A stretch of 64,000 nucleotides of DNA from the human T2T-CHM13v2.0 reference genome, Homo sapiens: assembly GCF_009914755.1 (NCBI RefSeq), contig NC_060932.1. The stretch is one strand, 5' to 3'. The notes under the pieces were generated by a model. That model did no database searches. It saw only the letters and a list, made by a program, of their open reading frames with translations, and was not told the origin of the DNA. Numbering within the stretch: position 1 is the stretch's first letter; every line of letters begins with the position of its first letter. Below are positions 1 through 13,309 of this stretch, piece by piece. The position numbers and the translations under genes were made by a program.

Positions 1-1544
1 TGTTTGATGAAATGAATTTATTAAGTTATGAAAATATACTACATTGAAGCACTTGAGGACTTATCTATGTTTTGTTTATGTCTAAAATTTACCAAACCGC
101 AAAATTTAGTGTTTGGGGCTTTCTGCCAATATTTCAATATTTAACACAATCTGTATTTTTGAACAGAAATAATTAGTTGGTTTATCTGTGTTCGCAATGA
201 AAAGTGTTTTCTGTTCCTCATGAGCAGAACTTCATTGCCACCCTTGCCCCATAAGTGTAAGCTGGAAGGGTTTTTGTTTCCTTGTTGGTTTTCCAGGCGT
301 GTTGTTCATCCTCCTACAGGCCTTGGAAAGATTTGCATGCCAACACTGACTTGCCTCTTCACCAGGCATCTTGATCCCACTGGATAATTTTAGTGAAAAT
401 AAATATTCCAGTCTCACTGAAATAAGTATTAACATAACAGTGTGGTACCATGTGTCAACTGCAAACTAGCCAAAACAAAAATCAATGTTTGTAATGAGCA
501 AAGGTTGAAATGACTGCTCTCATGCACTACTGGTAGACATATAAAATATCAAACACCTTCTAGCCTGCAATTTCACAATACTCATCAGCAGCCTCAAAAT
601 AAACTTAGTTTCATCTGTATTAAGGAATATTTCTTTAAAAAGATCAAGTATGATTTTGATGGTCTCCCAATTTTCTGAGAACTGTCACTCAATTTTCCCT
701 CTGTACTTATTAATGAAGATATTTATTTATGATGGTAGTATTAGTAATTTTGAAAATGTTGAAGGTGTTTAAATTTCTCTACTTCAGAAATTAGTTCAAT
801 AAATAATAGTATGGCCCAAGATTGCGTGCTGTGCATCTATTTTCATGGTGTATCAAAGAATGTTTAATGCTATGTTAAAGCACTCTTGATGATAATGTTA
901 AGTAAAACTGTGAGATGTGCAGCCTTATAGAAAATGCAGTCCCAATTATATAAATATCCATTAATCCAATAAAGGTGTTTTAAGAACCTGCTATATGTGC
1001 CAGGCATTATGTTAGAAATCAGAGATAGAACTGGAGAAGGGAGTTAGGGGCAAAAAACAAAAACAAACAAAATATCCCAGGTCCTTAAAGAGAACGCCTA
1101 GAAAGAGTGACTTTCTCTGAATATGAGGTCATCATTGATTTATAGTTTGCCTTCCTTATTTGTTTATTTGCCAGACTTGTAGAGTAAACATATAGTACTT
1201 TTATCATGATTTATTAAGAAGAAAAATTATCACAATTATTCATCTCTATCAGCCAGGTCTAATTCAGCCAAAAAAAAACCCTGAAATCATAATTTGTAAC
1301 TAGTTCATCCTGAAAACCTCAGCAGGCAGCAAAGTAATGTACAATCAGATTAACTACACTGTGGTTCTCACACCCACTGTGGACATTATTTAATGCTTCT
1401 GTGGACAGAGTCCGGTAGGAACCCCTTTCCCAGGACAAATTACAGAGTGAAGAAAAGACGTGCATGCTGACCCTTCCAGTGTGCCTTCTCCTAGTATTTT
1501 CATCCTTGATTTTAAAATATTCTGAAAACAAATTTTGGACATGG

Positions 1545-1665
1545 ATGTTGTCTTCACTGCACAGATACAGAAAAGGAGACTCTGAGAGTTAAGTTGCTTC
1601 CCAAGGTCACACAGTGTGTGAAACCAGATCTTCCTAATACCGAAATGTATTCTTTCAACTGCATT
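1545..1665 (-). mobile_element. MIR SINE fragment
   Basis: MIR core 'aaggagactctgagagttaagttgcttcccaaggtcacacag'. Confidence 0.75.
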
Positions 1666-1669
1666 GCAT

Positions 1670-1765
1670 CGTTCTTTCTTTCTTTCTTTCCTTCCCTCCT
1701 TCCCTCCATTCCTCCTTTCGTTACTTTCTTCTTCTCTTATTTCTTCCTTCCTTCCTTTCCCTCTC
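1670..1765. repeat. CT-rich low-complexity tract
   Basis: (TTTC)n/(TTCC)n runs. Confidence 0.9.
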
Positions 1766-3420
1766 TGTGTGCTAGGCACTCTTTTCACTAGGCATATAAT
1801 AAAGTTCTCAAGTATTCTGTGAGGCATTGCCCCCCACTTGTAGATTTCTAGAAACAAATCCCTTGGCAGAAGTGATGGAAAAAATAAGAAATAAAACGTG
1901 TAACTAAACGAACAAGGAAAACCATACATTTCTCCAGCCTGAAAACACTGAAATGGACTAGAACCAAATTCATATTAGAAAGAAAAGGTGATACATGGGT
2001 GAGTTTGGGGATACAGATGGAACAGAAGCCAGCCAAATAAATATTTTTGATTCCTCTATTTGTATATGTTAAAATATAATGACCAAGTTGGACAAGCTGT
2101 ATAAACTCTCTCAGTTAACGTGTTCTTACCTTTAAAATATCTACCCATAGGTTTGTGCAAAGATCAATGAAGGTTACTCACCTGAGGTACTCAACGTCAT
2201 ACATAGCAAATTCAATAAGTGAAGCCCTCCCTACCCTATCCTCAGATATTACCTGCCAGCCATTAAAAGTCCCTGAATTAAAATGTTTATACTCTTGGAA
2301 GACAGATTACTATACAATCAAGTTATTACAAGGCAGCACCATTGACCTTTACTCATTCATTCAACAAATATGTAGAACTTGCTCTGAGTCATGCCTTATT
2401 TTAGGTGCTAGAAGTACAGTGTTGAGCAAAATAGCTAAAATTAGAAGTGCAGATGAGTGGTTAGGAAAACACTGCAGAGGCAATGATTTGTTCTGCCTAA
2501 AGGCGGAATGTAAAGAAAGATTCAGAGAAAGTGCCATTTAAGGCAACCGAAGAACTGAGGAACTTTGATGAGGCAATGCATTCGCTGCAGTCCTCCTTGC
2601 CTGAAGCTGTCTAAGTGCTTGCTTACTCCAGTGTGGTTTAATATAGTATTCACAAGCAAAGGACCATTTGGAGACCTTCAAATAGCCCCTCACCATGACC
2701 CCATGTAGCTTAAGAGTTGACAATTTTATGGAAATCTGTTCTCATGATTGTATGTTTTTCCTATTTGCAGGTGCCATTGCTTGGCTTTTCCATTCAGGTT
2801 TTAGCTTGCCCTTCTTTGCTCCAAGGGCAAAAGATCCAACTAATGGATGTAATTAGAAAGAGACTTTTTTTTTCTCACAAATTAAGAAACTATCAAGAAC
2901 ACTCAAAAATAGAATGGGTGATCCGGAAAGGCAGGGAGGGTTTTGTCCCAAACATATTCCCCTGAGGAAGAGTAGATAGCTGTCAATGATATGCCATTGA
3001 CACCTATGTCAAATAGAATGGGGCCTCCCTCTGCTTCATTATACTGTCAGTAAAATGGAGACAAAATAAAAAACCACCTACATCACAGGGTTATTGTAAA
3101 GATCGCAGGTAAACAATGACTTGCACATAAATAAAAACCTCAATAAACATTTAACTCATAATAATAATAGTAATAGATGGATTAGTTGTAGCAATGCTAC
3201 ATCATGACAATTAGAACTAGTATTATTAATATTATAGTTCTTCTCAAAACGCTGGATTAAGGTTGTAATTATTCCTTTGCAATTTGCCTTTCTGATTTTT
3301 CTTTTCCCCCTCATTTGCTTCTAATAAATATCAAATCAGTATTTTCTATATAATGGCACAGTTTGGGGCACTTTGGATAACATATAGTTAGATCAGGGAA
3401 TAATCACGTGCTTAAGATAT

Positions 3421-3736
3421 TGTAGGACTGTCCCCTTAGTTCAGCTAAAAGCCAGGCTCTTGTCACATGGCCATGAGAGATTAGGCTTGCAGACACTTTG
3501 AAGGGTGAGAAAAATGGAATGTATTGGGCAAAAAGGAAAAAAAGGGAAATAGGGACTCTCAGCAAACCTAGAGTCCTGCTAGCCAGTTTCCCGCCTCACA
3601 AATTGAATTCCAGTACAGGAGAGGACAGGCTCCTCCTGGCTGCAAAGGGCTCGAACACCTGTGGCTCCATCCTGTTCTTCCAGTGCGCAGGCCAGGTGGA
3701 GTTTCTCCAGGGACCCCTTTATACTTGGCTGTTTCA
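3421..3736 (-). mobile_element. ERV1 solo LTR, MER61-like
   Basis: TG...CA ends; minus strand begins TGAAACAGCCAAGTATAAAGGGGTCCCTGGAGAAACTCC, as recalled for MER61; no clear TSD. Confidence 0.7.
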
Positions 3737-4424
3737 AAGAGATGTCTGTGGGACAAACTCTAGAACTGGGGAGTCCATTAGGAAGACATCAGTCGCATCA
3801 GTCTTTGTATATTTGAAATAATTAGAATTAAATGACATCAAAACTCAGTCTTTTGTTCATAGGAGCTACGGGTGGTCAGTGGCTAGCAAATTGGAAAGTG
3901 CAGACATGGAACATTTACGTGATGGCAGAAAGTTCTGTTGAACAGTGTTCTTCTAGAAGAGCTTGGATGTGCACACACATAAAAATGAGAAACCAACAAT
4001 CACAAGGATTTGGGGACCTTCCCTCTGTGGCCACCCTGGCCCCTTGCTTCACCACCTCAGAAAAATCATGTTTCTTTTGCCGCAGGGCCTTTTGCCCTTT
4101 CTGAAAACTCCTAAAATGCACCTGCTGCCCTCAGTACACACCTAACACCCGTAATCTTTCTCTAAACACACACAAGCTTACATCTTTATCTGCCAGTCAT
4201 TCTCTCTTGTTTCAGACTTTAGCTCAATGATGGCTTCCTCAATTAGCCTCTCCCACTCTGACTTACCCACCTGCCATTTCTCCCTGTTACATACCCACAT
4301 TCCATTATCGCCTCCTCTTTGCAACACGTTATATGAGTGTGACTTTACATTTATTTATGAAATTACTTTATTAAAATCTGACCCTCCTAACATACTGAAA
4401 TCTTCACGAAAGCAAATATTATGC

Positions 4425-4516
4425 CTGGTTTCGCTCACCATTTTATTTCTGTACCTGACATAGTGCCTGGTCCATAGTAGGGTCACAGTAAACATTTAGT
4501 AAATGAATAAACAAAC
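4425..4516 (+). mobile_element. L2 3' end
   Basis: 'catagtgcctggtccatagtagg...aaacatttagtaaatgaataaa'. Confidence 0.7.
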
Positions 4517-4969
4517 CAGAGTTGAAGAGATCACTTTTTTCTAGTGGACCTCAGCAGGCCTCAGGGAGAAACGGATGCTTTAGCTACACTGTGGTAAATC
4601 TAGGTTCTAATAGCTTATCAAGATAGGCATAACCCTTGTTAGGCAGAGAGATGAGATAATTTCTAGTTACTGAAATATGGCTGGATGGGATAACCATTGA
4701 CCCACAGCAGGGAGAGAAGACCAGCAGGTTTTTCTTTCCAAAGGCTGTATTATTTATGCAATGAGCATGCTGAATTACATCACTTCAACACAACTTAGAA
4801 ATACAGGAGGAGTGCTTTCATTATAGACGTACTAAAAGTAGAGTCAGCCTTCTGTTTAAAGCTTTCTGTTCCAGGCACATCACTCTTCATTTATTCTCTG
4901 CTATACCCTTTCTGCTAATAGTTAACGAACAACCACCGCTTTCTTACTCTGTTTCACTCTGCAAATGTT

Positions 4970-5230
4970 GAGATAATAAATGGCCAAGGCTTAGTGAGCA
5001 TTTTACCCAGTGTCAGACACTAAATGCTTTACTTGTATCATCCCATCTAATCCTAAAAGCAACCCTATGGGAGAGCTACTATTATTATTTTAAGTGAGAT
5101 TTTAAGATAAGAACTTGATGAAAAAGTAAGTTTAATAGTTTACCCAATGTGGATGCCCCAGCCAATGGTAAATGGGACTACTAGCTGACCTAGACTGTTG
5201 CAACTCTTAGGTCGATTATTGTAATACTAT
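4970..5230 (-). mobile_element. MIR SINE
   Basis: 'tgagcattttacccagtgtcagacac...aatcctaaaagcaaccctatg'. Confidence 0.7.
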
Positions 5231-5391
5231 ATGATAACAATGGCAAGGTATTCTAGCTGCTGGGAGGAAACATGGTGAAGTCAGCCTGCCGAAAAGACCT
5301 TGGAAGAATGAGGGTAATTGTTATGCTCTGCTGATAGAGCTGGGTTTTTATTTTACTGCAATTAGCGCCCCCACCTAAAAACACACATCTG

Positions 5392-5462
5392 ACATGATGT
5401 GTCATGTGTGCTGTACATGATGTGTCATGTGTGCTGTACATGATGTGTACATGATGTGCTGT
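5392..5462. repeat. 23-bp tandem repeat ACATGATGTGTCATGTGTGCTGT (2 full + 2 partial copies)
   Basis: Copies start at 5392, 5415, 5438 and 5449. Confidence 0.9.
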
Positions 5463-5730
5463 AATCTCAGCACTTTTGGAGGCCAAGGTGGATGGATTAC
5501 ACGAGGTCAGGAGTTCAAAACCAGCCTGGCCAACATGGCAAAACCCCATCTCTACTAAAAATATAAAAATTACCAAGGCATGGTGGCACCTGCCTGTAAT
5601 CCCAGTTAATCAGGAGGCTGAGGCAGGAGAATTACTCGAACCCAGGAGGCGGAGGTTGCAGTGAGCCAAGATCATGCCATTTTACTCCAGCCTGGGACAC
5701 AAGAGCAAAACTCTGAAAAAAAAAAAAAAG
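5459..5730 (+). mobile_element. AluS element lacking its 5' ~23 nt
   Basis: Starts at ctgtaatctcagcac; dimeric Alu with A tail. Confidence 0.93.
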
Positions 5731-5752
5731 AAAGAAAAAAAGAAAGAGAGAG

Positions 5753-5815
<63 letters not shown>

Positions 5816-5830
5816 AAAAAGAAAGAAAGA
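5731..5830. repeat. (GAAA)n STR derived from the Alu tail
   Basis: Direct observation. Confidence 0.95.
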
Positions 5831-6729
5831 CAGGTAATGAAGTAGGTAGTGTTAAAAATGTGCTTTAGAAAGAAACTACCATCTTTTCAACTACTTAACC
5901 TTTCTGTGCACGTTTTCCCATTGACAAAATGTGAATACCCACCAGCATCACTACATTGATTTAAGGATTAGATGAGAATGTATCCATAAAACCCTTAGAA
6001 GCCACCCAAGGCACACTATTATTTCAATTACAGTTAACTCATTGGCTGCACTGAGAGTCACATTTGCCCTCTGATGGTCCATGGGCTTGCTCTAAAAATC
6101 ACCAACTTTCACAGCTGAAAGAGTTTTCAGAATCTAGAAGGTCATTTCACTGCATCTCAAGATGCACCTCAAGTAGGTGTGACTGGTATAAGGGGGTATC
6201 AAACTGTGGCATCTGCCCCCCAGGGATGGCACTGAGCATATCACATGTGAAATCTGATTTCCTTTTCACACGGTCCCCTAGGAGGTGTGAAAAACCTGAC
6301 AGTTAAAGAAACAGGCTCAGGGAGATTATGTAAATTTCTCAATGTCATGCAGTTAACGAAGGAAAGGAAATTCCAGCACTTTATTAGGCAGCATCATATA
6401 TTTTTATCTGTGTTCTAATTAATGAGATGTGTCTAAGGAATTTAATAATTGTACTTAGTAAACTGGTTTCAATTATTTATATTTTTAAAAATTCATTTTA
6501 TTTCCTTATTGATGAGATACTTTCACTATTTTATCCTAGCCTACTTTTGGAGGTGTGAGAGCAATAATCCCAAATCAGATAATACTTTTCTGAAAAAAAA
6601 AAAACACACACACATGTAAAAACATGTTTCCTTTAAAACATTTAAAAAATAGAAATCAGACTTTCTGTTTTGTCTTACAAAAACTGTTTTAAGTTTATCT
6701 GTAAAATATCTTTTTGTTTTACTTTCATG

Positions 6730-6884
6730 AATTTAATTTATTTTTTATAGAGATGGAGTCTCGCTGTGTCACCCAGGCTGGAGTGCAGTGGTACAATCAT
6801 AGCTCACTTTTAACTCGAACTCTTGGAGTCAATTGATTCTTTTACCTCAGCCTCCTGAGTAACTGGGACTACATGCCTGGCTAA
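6730..6884 (-). mobile_element. Old Alu right arm (AluJ/FRAM-like)
   Basis: 'gagatggagtctcgctgtgtcacccaggctggagtgcagtggtacaatcatagctcac'. Confidence 0.85.
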
Positions 6885-7206
6885 CAAAGATCCATTAAGT
6901 TGTGTTAAGCGGCAATTTTTTTTTTTTGTTTCATTCTAAGATCCTCTGACAGGTAACACATTCACGTCAGCCAGAGCATTGCGGTGGCAGCAGAAGTCTC
7001 ATAGGCCATGTTACACACAGAAAACTCCAATCACAACAGAAAAAGTGAAAATAAAACCATAGCAGATGGTCACTACATATATGTTTAATATTAAACTAAT
7101 ACTTAGTCATCAGTTAGTTTAACAAATGACTAGATGCACACTACTGTCTTTACATGCATGATACATGTTTGAGTTCCAAAATAACATGAAATATAGTGTC
7201 AGGTGC

Positions 7207-7499
7207 GGCCGGGCGTGGTGGCTTACGCCTATAATCCCAGCACTTTGGGAGGCCGAGGCGGGGAGATCACGAGGTCAGGAGATCGAGACCATCCTGGCTA
7301 ACATGGTAAAACCTCGTCTCTACTAAAAACACAAAAAATTAGCCAGATGTGGTGGCGGGCGCCTGTAGTCCCAGCTACTCAGGAGGCTGAGGCAGTAGAA
7401 TGGAGTAAACCCGGCAGGTGGAGCTTGCAGTGAGCAGAGATTGTGTCACTGCACTCCAGCCTGGGTGACAGAGAGAGACTCCATCTCAAAAAAAAAAAA
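7207..7499 (+). mobile_element. AluY
   Basis: Y diagnostics (gagatcgagaccatcctggctaac, gagcttgcag); TSD ATATAGTGTCAG(G/C)TG at 7191 and 7533; tail continues as (TA)n(TG)n. Confidence 0.93.
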
Positions 7500-7501
7500 T
7501 T

Positions 7502-7532
<31 letters not shown>

Positions 7533-7856
7533 ATATAGTGTCAGCTGAACTTTCCTCATTTTAGTACCTCCGCGTTACATTTATATCTACCATGCCAAAT
7601 GCTCATTGGTTTTAGTGAAACTGACCTTTTATTTAATCCTCAAATTAATCCTTATTTGGACAGCATTTAATTGCATCTCTATTATATAAATAAAACAAAA
7701 GCAAAATACAAAATTAAATACTCTCTTACTGTCTCCAGAAGATTAGAAAATTTGGATATGCTTAAAATCTCATAGAACCTAAACCCTGTTCTGTGTTTTA
7801 GACTTCAAACCCCACAAATTCAAGCTACAAAACTCTCCCTTGATTTAAGAGGTCAC

Positions 7857-8280
7857 TGAAGGGGGTTGAATAGTATCCTCCAAAATTCATGTCTATCCGA
7901 TTGGGAATAGGGTCTCTGCAGATGTAAATAAGGTATGAATCTGAAGAAGAAATCATCCTGGATTATGGTAGGTGCCAAATCTAATGATTTGTGTCCCTAT
8001 AAGACGCAGAGGACACATAGATACACTCGGGAGAAGGTCTGGTGAAGATAGAAGCAAAGATTGGAGTTTTTGCTCTCATAAACCAGGGAAGCCTGTAACT
8101 ATCAGAAGCTGGAAAAAGTAAGGAAGAATGCGTCTCTAGATTGTTCACAGGGAGAGTAGCCAGATCAACACTTTGATTTCTGACTTGGGCCTCCAGGACA
8201 ATGAAAGAACTCTTTTTTCTGTGATTTAAAGCCACCTAGTTTGTGTTAATTTGTTACAACAACCCTAGGAGATCAATAGA
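7857..8280 (+). mobile_element. MaLR solo LTR (MLT1B/C-like)
   Basis: MLT1 motifs; 5-bp TSD GTCAC at 7852 and 8281. Confidence 0.85.
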
Positions 8281-9049
8281 GTCACTGTCCTTAGATCTCC
8301 CTGGAAACATGGACTTACTGGAATGCGATCTTCCCTCTGAAACCACAACCTCTTGCAGATGCTCTCTCTTGAGGAGCAGGCTTGGCCATATTCCGCAGGG
8401 CAGTTCTCTCTCCTCCAGGGCCACGTCCAGATGCTAGCCCAGAAAAAAGATGCTGTGCTTCATGTTTCAAAGATGAAAGGTTCCAACCTTCCATTTTACT
8501 ACAAGGAGCTTGGTTTTTTCCAGGTGCTCATTCCCAAGGAGGTGGGCAGAAGCCACATGGAGTGCTTAGACTATTTATTGTTATTAAGAGGCAGTAGAGA
8601 CAGACAGTCAATTAGACAGAGAGGATGCATGTGACTACTTTGCATGCTGTTACACGCCTCTACTAAACAACTCTGGGGGAGATTCTGCTGAGTTGCATTT
8701 ACTATTTCTAGACATCATTCTCAAGGTTTTGTGCTGTACAAGGAAGGCAGTGTTAGTGCTTTCACTCATCAGGCTTAAAAAATATCTTCATATTTTTATG
8801 TAGAACCACCTAAGAAGGGGAGGGTTCTAGGGGATGGGGAAGATGGATTTGGCTTTTCATCTGAAGGAGCTCACTTTCTCTCTGGGGAGAGGCACCAAAG
8901 CTGTAAGAGTTTCTAGTCCCACATGTAGAGCTTGGTATGCACATCTGCTCTTCCTTCTCCCCTCTCCCCATCCTCATCACCTCAGTTGGCACAGGTCATC
9001 CAGTGCCTTTTCTTTGGGATAATTTACAGACTTTTGTACCCTTAGCTTG

Positions 9050-9340
9050 TGGCTCAGCCCAGTTGTCACATTTCTGAAGAGGGCCTCTGAAGGCCTAATC
9101 CAAAGCCACCCTTCCATCGCTCTCTATCACATCATCTTTCATTTGTTCTTGGCACTTTTTTATTATTATCATGTAATATATATATTTTTTCCTTTGTTTG
9201 TACTGTATTTTCATTTTGCATCCCTACCCCATCACCACACAACTCTATAAGGGCAGATGAGTCATTTTTTTCCTCTGCTGTGTCCCTAACCCCTTGAAAA
9301 GTGACTTGTTCAGTGAATGTGTTCAATAAATGAATAAAAG
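9050..9340 (+). mobile_element. L2 3' fragment
   Basis: 'aactctataagggcag...gttcaataaatgaataaa'. Confidence 0.6.
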
Positions 9341-9382
9341 AAGGGAAGAGTGTATGTTTCACAATGCAACCCTACAGAATTC

Positions 9383-10067
9383 TGTAACTACCCAACAGGT
9401 TCTTCCTGCCTGCTGCACAAACAAAGATCATGACACCGCAGTAAAGAAAGAGTTGAATTGATGTGAGGCTTGCTATACTATATGGAAGACAGAATTATTA
9501 CTTAAGTCAATCTCATAGAAGGTTTGGAGGTTAGAGGTTTTTCAAAGGTAGTTTTGGAGAAGGGGTAGGGGCAGTTTGGCAATGAGTGCTTGCCACTGAT
9601 TGATTAGGTCAATATGAAATCATAGAGACTTGCAGCTGTCCTCTTGTGCTGAGTCACTTCTGGGTGGGGCTGTAGGAGCTGCGTCAGGTCCAGGTGGAAC
9701 CATGGGTGTCAGACATGCAAAAAACCTAAAAAGATACCACAAAAGGCCAATCTTAAGTTTCACAATAGTGGTGTTATCTGCAGAAGTAATTGGGGAAATT
9801 GCATATCTTGTGACCTCTGCAATAATGGATGCCAATTCTATATGTGTATACCTTAGCAGAATTCAGATTCCTCTATCCTCATATCCCAGTGGTCTCTCAT
9901 TAACTTGACAAAGGCATTTGAGTTTTGGGGAAAAGCTATGATCATTTAAACTATAAACTCAACATCTGGCAGCTTGAAGGTTAAAGGCAGGATGGAGATT
10001 GGTCAGATCAAATCTCCCCCACTGCCATAATTTTCTTACTGATGTAATCTTTGCAAAGATGGTTTCA
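9383..10067 (-). mobile_element. ERV1 solo LTR, LTR8A-like
   Basis: Minus strand begins TGAAACCATCTTTGCAAA and ends TTACA; 4-bp TSD ATTC at 9379 and 10068. Confidence 0.88.
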
Positions 10068-11713
10068 ATTCCAAGACCATCTACTGCAGAGTGGCAGTAC
10101 CCTTCATGTACTCCCAGGTCTCAGCTGGTAGTTTATCTATAACCTGAGACCAACATTTCCAGGAAGAATCTTGACATACCATTTGAAAGTGGTGCCTTAG
10201 AGTCTTAATGAGTGAGTCTTAATAGTCAAAATGAATCCACCACAAGCCAAGGGAAGAAGGTTTAGACAACGGAATGTGATTAGCTAAAACTTGCCTCGGG
10301 GCTTTGCTCTACCCCTAACAAAGACTTCAAAATCTAATAGACAGAAGTGTTAGTTTTATAGCTAGGAAGCACTTCGTGGATGCTGAACATGTCCTAGGTA
10401 TTTTTCATCTATGCATGAACTCGGGGATAAATGTAACCTCTTTTTATGGCTGGCTCAGAGAAAGAAAAAAATGCTCAAGACTACATAGTTTGCAAATGAA
10501 GTGGAGAGCTGAGACCAATCTCTAATGCCTTATCTCTCACTTTCTCCACTTCTTAAAGTCTTGTAACCCTATCTTCAGAAAATTGCGTCTTATTATCAAG
10601 TCCAAAAGTTAGGGGTTTCCTGGGGCAGTTTTCAAGACAATGACTCCCTACTAGCTCTAGCCAATTTCTAGGATGACAAATAGTGGCAAACTCTCTTGAA
10701 TACAGTAGACCAACAGCAATGTCTAACAGTGAGGGGCTTGACTCTGTGGAGCATAGTGAAACCAATCTTTAGCTGACTCAGGCCTGGATAAACATGGCAA
10801 GCACCTCTGGAAACAAAAAGTAAAAAAATAAGAAAATCCATTTTACCTCTCGTTTTTATTAAGAGACACTTTTGAATAATTACTATTCATGGAGGTGGGC
10901 CTTGAATTTGTGCGGCTGGATATTGTCTTTCCCTAAGCTACTGACATTTGGAAGACACTGCTTAAGGTTCTTTGTGGAGGCAAATCAGCACTTGGCATTT
11001 TCTGTGAATGTCCTGCTCCTATGAAAAGGGCCTCCTGATCATCCTCTCTGGAAAACTTCCAGTCTCCAGAATGAGAGCAACCCTGACATAAAATGTTGCT
11101 CCTCTTGGCAGGTGGAAGAAGTGACATCGTTTATCACAAGTGGAACTCCTAAAGAGCACACACTGGAAGTGCTCAGAGTGGGACCTGCTCTGCGTGCTGC
11201 CAACTCCCAGCTGATCCTGGTCTGGTCACTTGCTCCCTAGGTCACCACTATTTCTATGTAGAACAAAGAGGATGGTGACAATGACAATCACTAATGTTCT
11301 CTTAGCAATAAAATTCAGCTTCTAAACAAGTCCATGCCCCTTTGTGTTCTACAGCATTTGGGACTTGTGAAGGTTTAATCAAGGGTAACCACACACTAAA
11401 CAGTATCCTTGATTTGTGTGTGATTCCTTGCCAGAGTAAACATTGTGTCTCTCAAGAGTCAGGTTCATTATTTTCTAACACTAGTGAGAGTACCTGGATT
11501 ACATGGGACCTGGTGCCTCTGATGCTAGAGGACTCGCCCAAGGGTACGGGGAATTAACTGTGAGGCACGGTTAGCATGCAGTATCCTGACTGAGAAGGTC
11601 AAATTCACTTTTCGCCAAACTGTACTCATCCCTTGGTGTTATCTTTAGATTGTTAAAGCTGAGCTAAATTAAACAAATCTGCATTGCTGTGTTTGAACAA
11701 AGAATAGAATGAC

Positions 11714-12872
11714 TGCACTAGTCAGGGTTCTCCAGAGAAACAGAACAGAGAAAGAAAGGGAGATTTTAAAGAAGTAACTCATATAATAGTGAAACCATCT
11801 TTGCAAAAATTATAACAGTAAGAAAATTATCACAGTATAACAGTAATAAAATTATCACAGTAAAAGAGATCTTCTTCATCTTGCCTTTAACCTTCAAACT
11901 TCCCTATCATTTCTGGATTTGGGCCAAGTTAACTTTAGGATAAACTTGGTTTCTAGTTTAAATAATCATAGCCCTCCCCCAAAACTATTCCACGTATGTA
12001 AAGCTAATGAGAGACCACCAATTTAGGAGGATGAGAGGAGCCTGGATTCTGCTAAGGTATAGATGTAAAGAGGTCACATGATTTGTGCCTTCCCCAATTA
12101 CTCCTGCAGATAATATCACTATTGTGGAACCTACGATTGGCCTTTTGAAATGTCTTTTTTCTGTTTTTTGCATTTCTGATGACTGACCCACCAATCTGTC
12201 CTGTGGCCCCAACCAGAAGCGAACTCAGCATGCGGGAGGACCATTTTCCACACCCCTATGATTGCATCCGCAACTGATCAGCAGCACCCATTCCTTATCC
12301 ACCCTACTCCCCCCAGCCCCAGAATATCTTTGAAAACTGCTAACCTCCAAATTTTCAGGAAGGCTAATCTGAGTAGTAATGAAACTCCAGTCTCCTATCT
12401 AGTCAGCTCTAGGTGTGTAAAGATCTTTCTCTATTGCAATTCCCCTGTTTTGATAAATTGGCTCTATCTGGGCAATGGGCAAGAAGAACCTATTGGGTCG
12501 TTACAATAGTAGGGCCTGGCATGTCTGAAATCTGCAAGATAGGCTGGCAGGCTGGAAATTCAGGTAAGAGCTGAGGTTTCAGTGTTGAGTTTGAGTTCCA
12601 CAGAGCAGCAGGCTGGAAACTCAGACAAGGTTTCCACGTTGTGGTCTTGAGGAGAATTCCAGAACCCATTCTTCTTCACGAAATCCCAATCTTTTCTTAT
12701 GGTTGTAAATTAATTTGATGAGGCCCACACACATTACTAACAACTTTTCTCAAAGTTACTAAACTTAGTTACATCTAAAAAATACCTTCACAGCAATATC
12801 AAGACTTGTGTTTGGCTAGACAACTGAGCATCTTAGCCTAGCCAAGTTCTATGTGACACATGGAACATCACA
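11714..12872 (-). mobile_element. ERVL LTR (MLT2C/D-like) split by an LTR8A insertion
   Basis: 'tagtcagggttctccagagaaacagaac' to 'gccaagtt...catcaca'; near-TSD ATGAC/GTGAC. Confidence 0.8.
11790..12505 (+). mobile_element. ERV1 solo LTR, LTR8A-like, nested in MLT2
   Basis: TGAAACCATCTTTGCAAAAATTATAACAGT...GTTACA; TSD ATAG at 11786 and 12506. Confidence 0.88.
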
Positions 12873-12904
12873 GTGACCATATTTAACCTCTCAATGGGGA
12901 GGAA

Positions 12905-13090
12905 TTATTGGGTGGCATGGACTTCAGATTCTGACAAACCGGATTACAAAGTTGAATTTGCTATTGACAAGCTGTGTGACTTCAGACAAGCTTCTTAACT
13001 TTTCTGAACTTCAGGTTTCTTGATCAGATGGGATATTAATAGGATTCCTTGAGATAATTTGTATAATTCCTTAGCAGAAGGGCACCTGGT
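12905..13090 (+). mobile_element. MIR SINE
   Basis: 'gctgtgtgacttcagacaagcttcttaacttttctgaacttcaggtttc'. Confidence 0.75.
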
Positions 13091-13309
13091 GTGTACATAT
13101 AATCTGTTGTCTTTTCTCTATGACACCTTTTCTAATCCTGTCTAAAGCGGCTCTATCTCTTTTTCCCCTGTAGAATGTGGTTTCAATTTTGATTACATGA
13201 CATCCAGAGTCTGTATTAGGCAACACTTCTATTACTTTTTCTCTATATTTACTTATTAATTCACTCAGTCATTCATTCATTAAACAAATGTGGTATATAA
13301 CCATAAAGA

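Noticed and set aside
1390-1929. 179-aa minus-strand ORF
   Set aside because: Built from a CT-rich tract and a MIR
2750-2800. Strong plus-strand acceptor tttttcctatttgcag|G (similar one at ~24604)
   Set aside because: No convincing paired donor or coding signal; such sites are frequent by chance
9383-12505. Single provirus or TIR element bounded by the two LTR8A copies
   Set aside because: The LTRs are inverted, have different TSDs, and enclose no retroviral internal sequence
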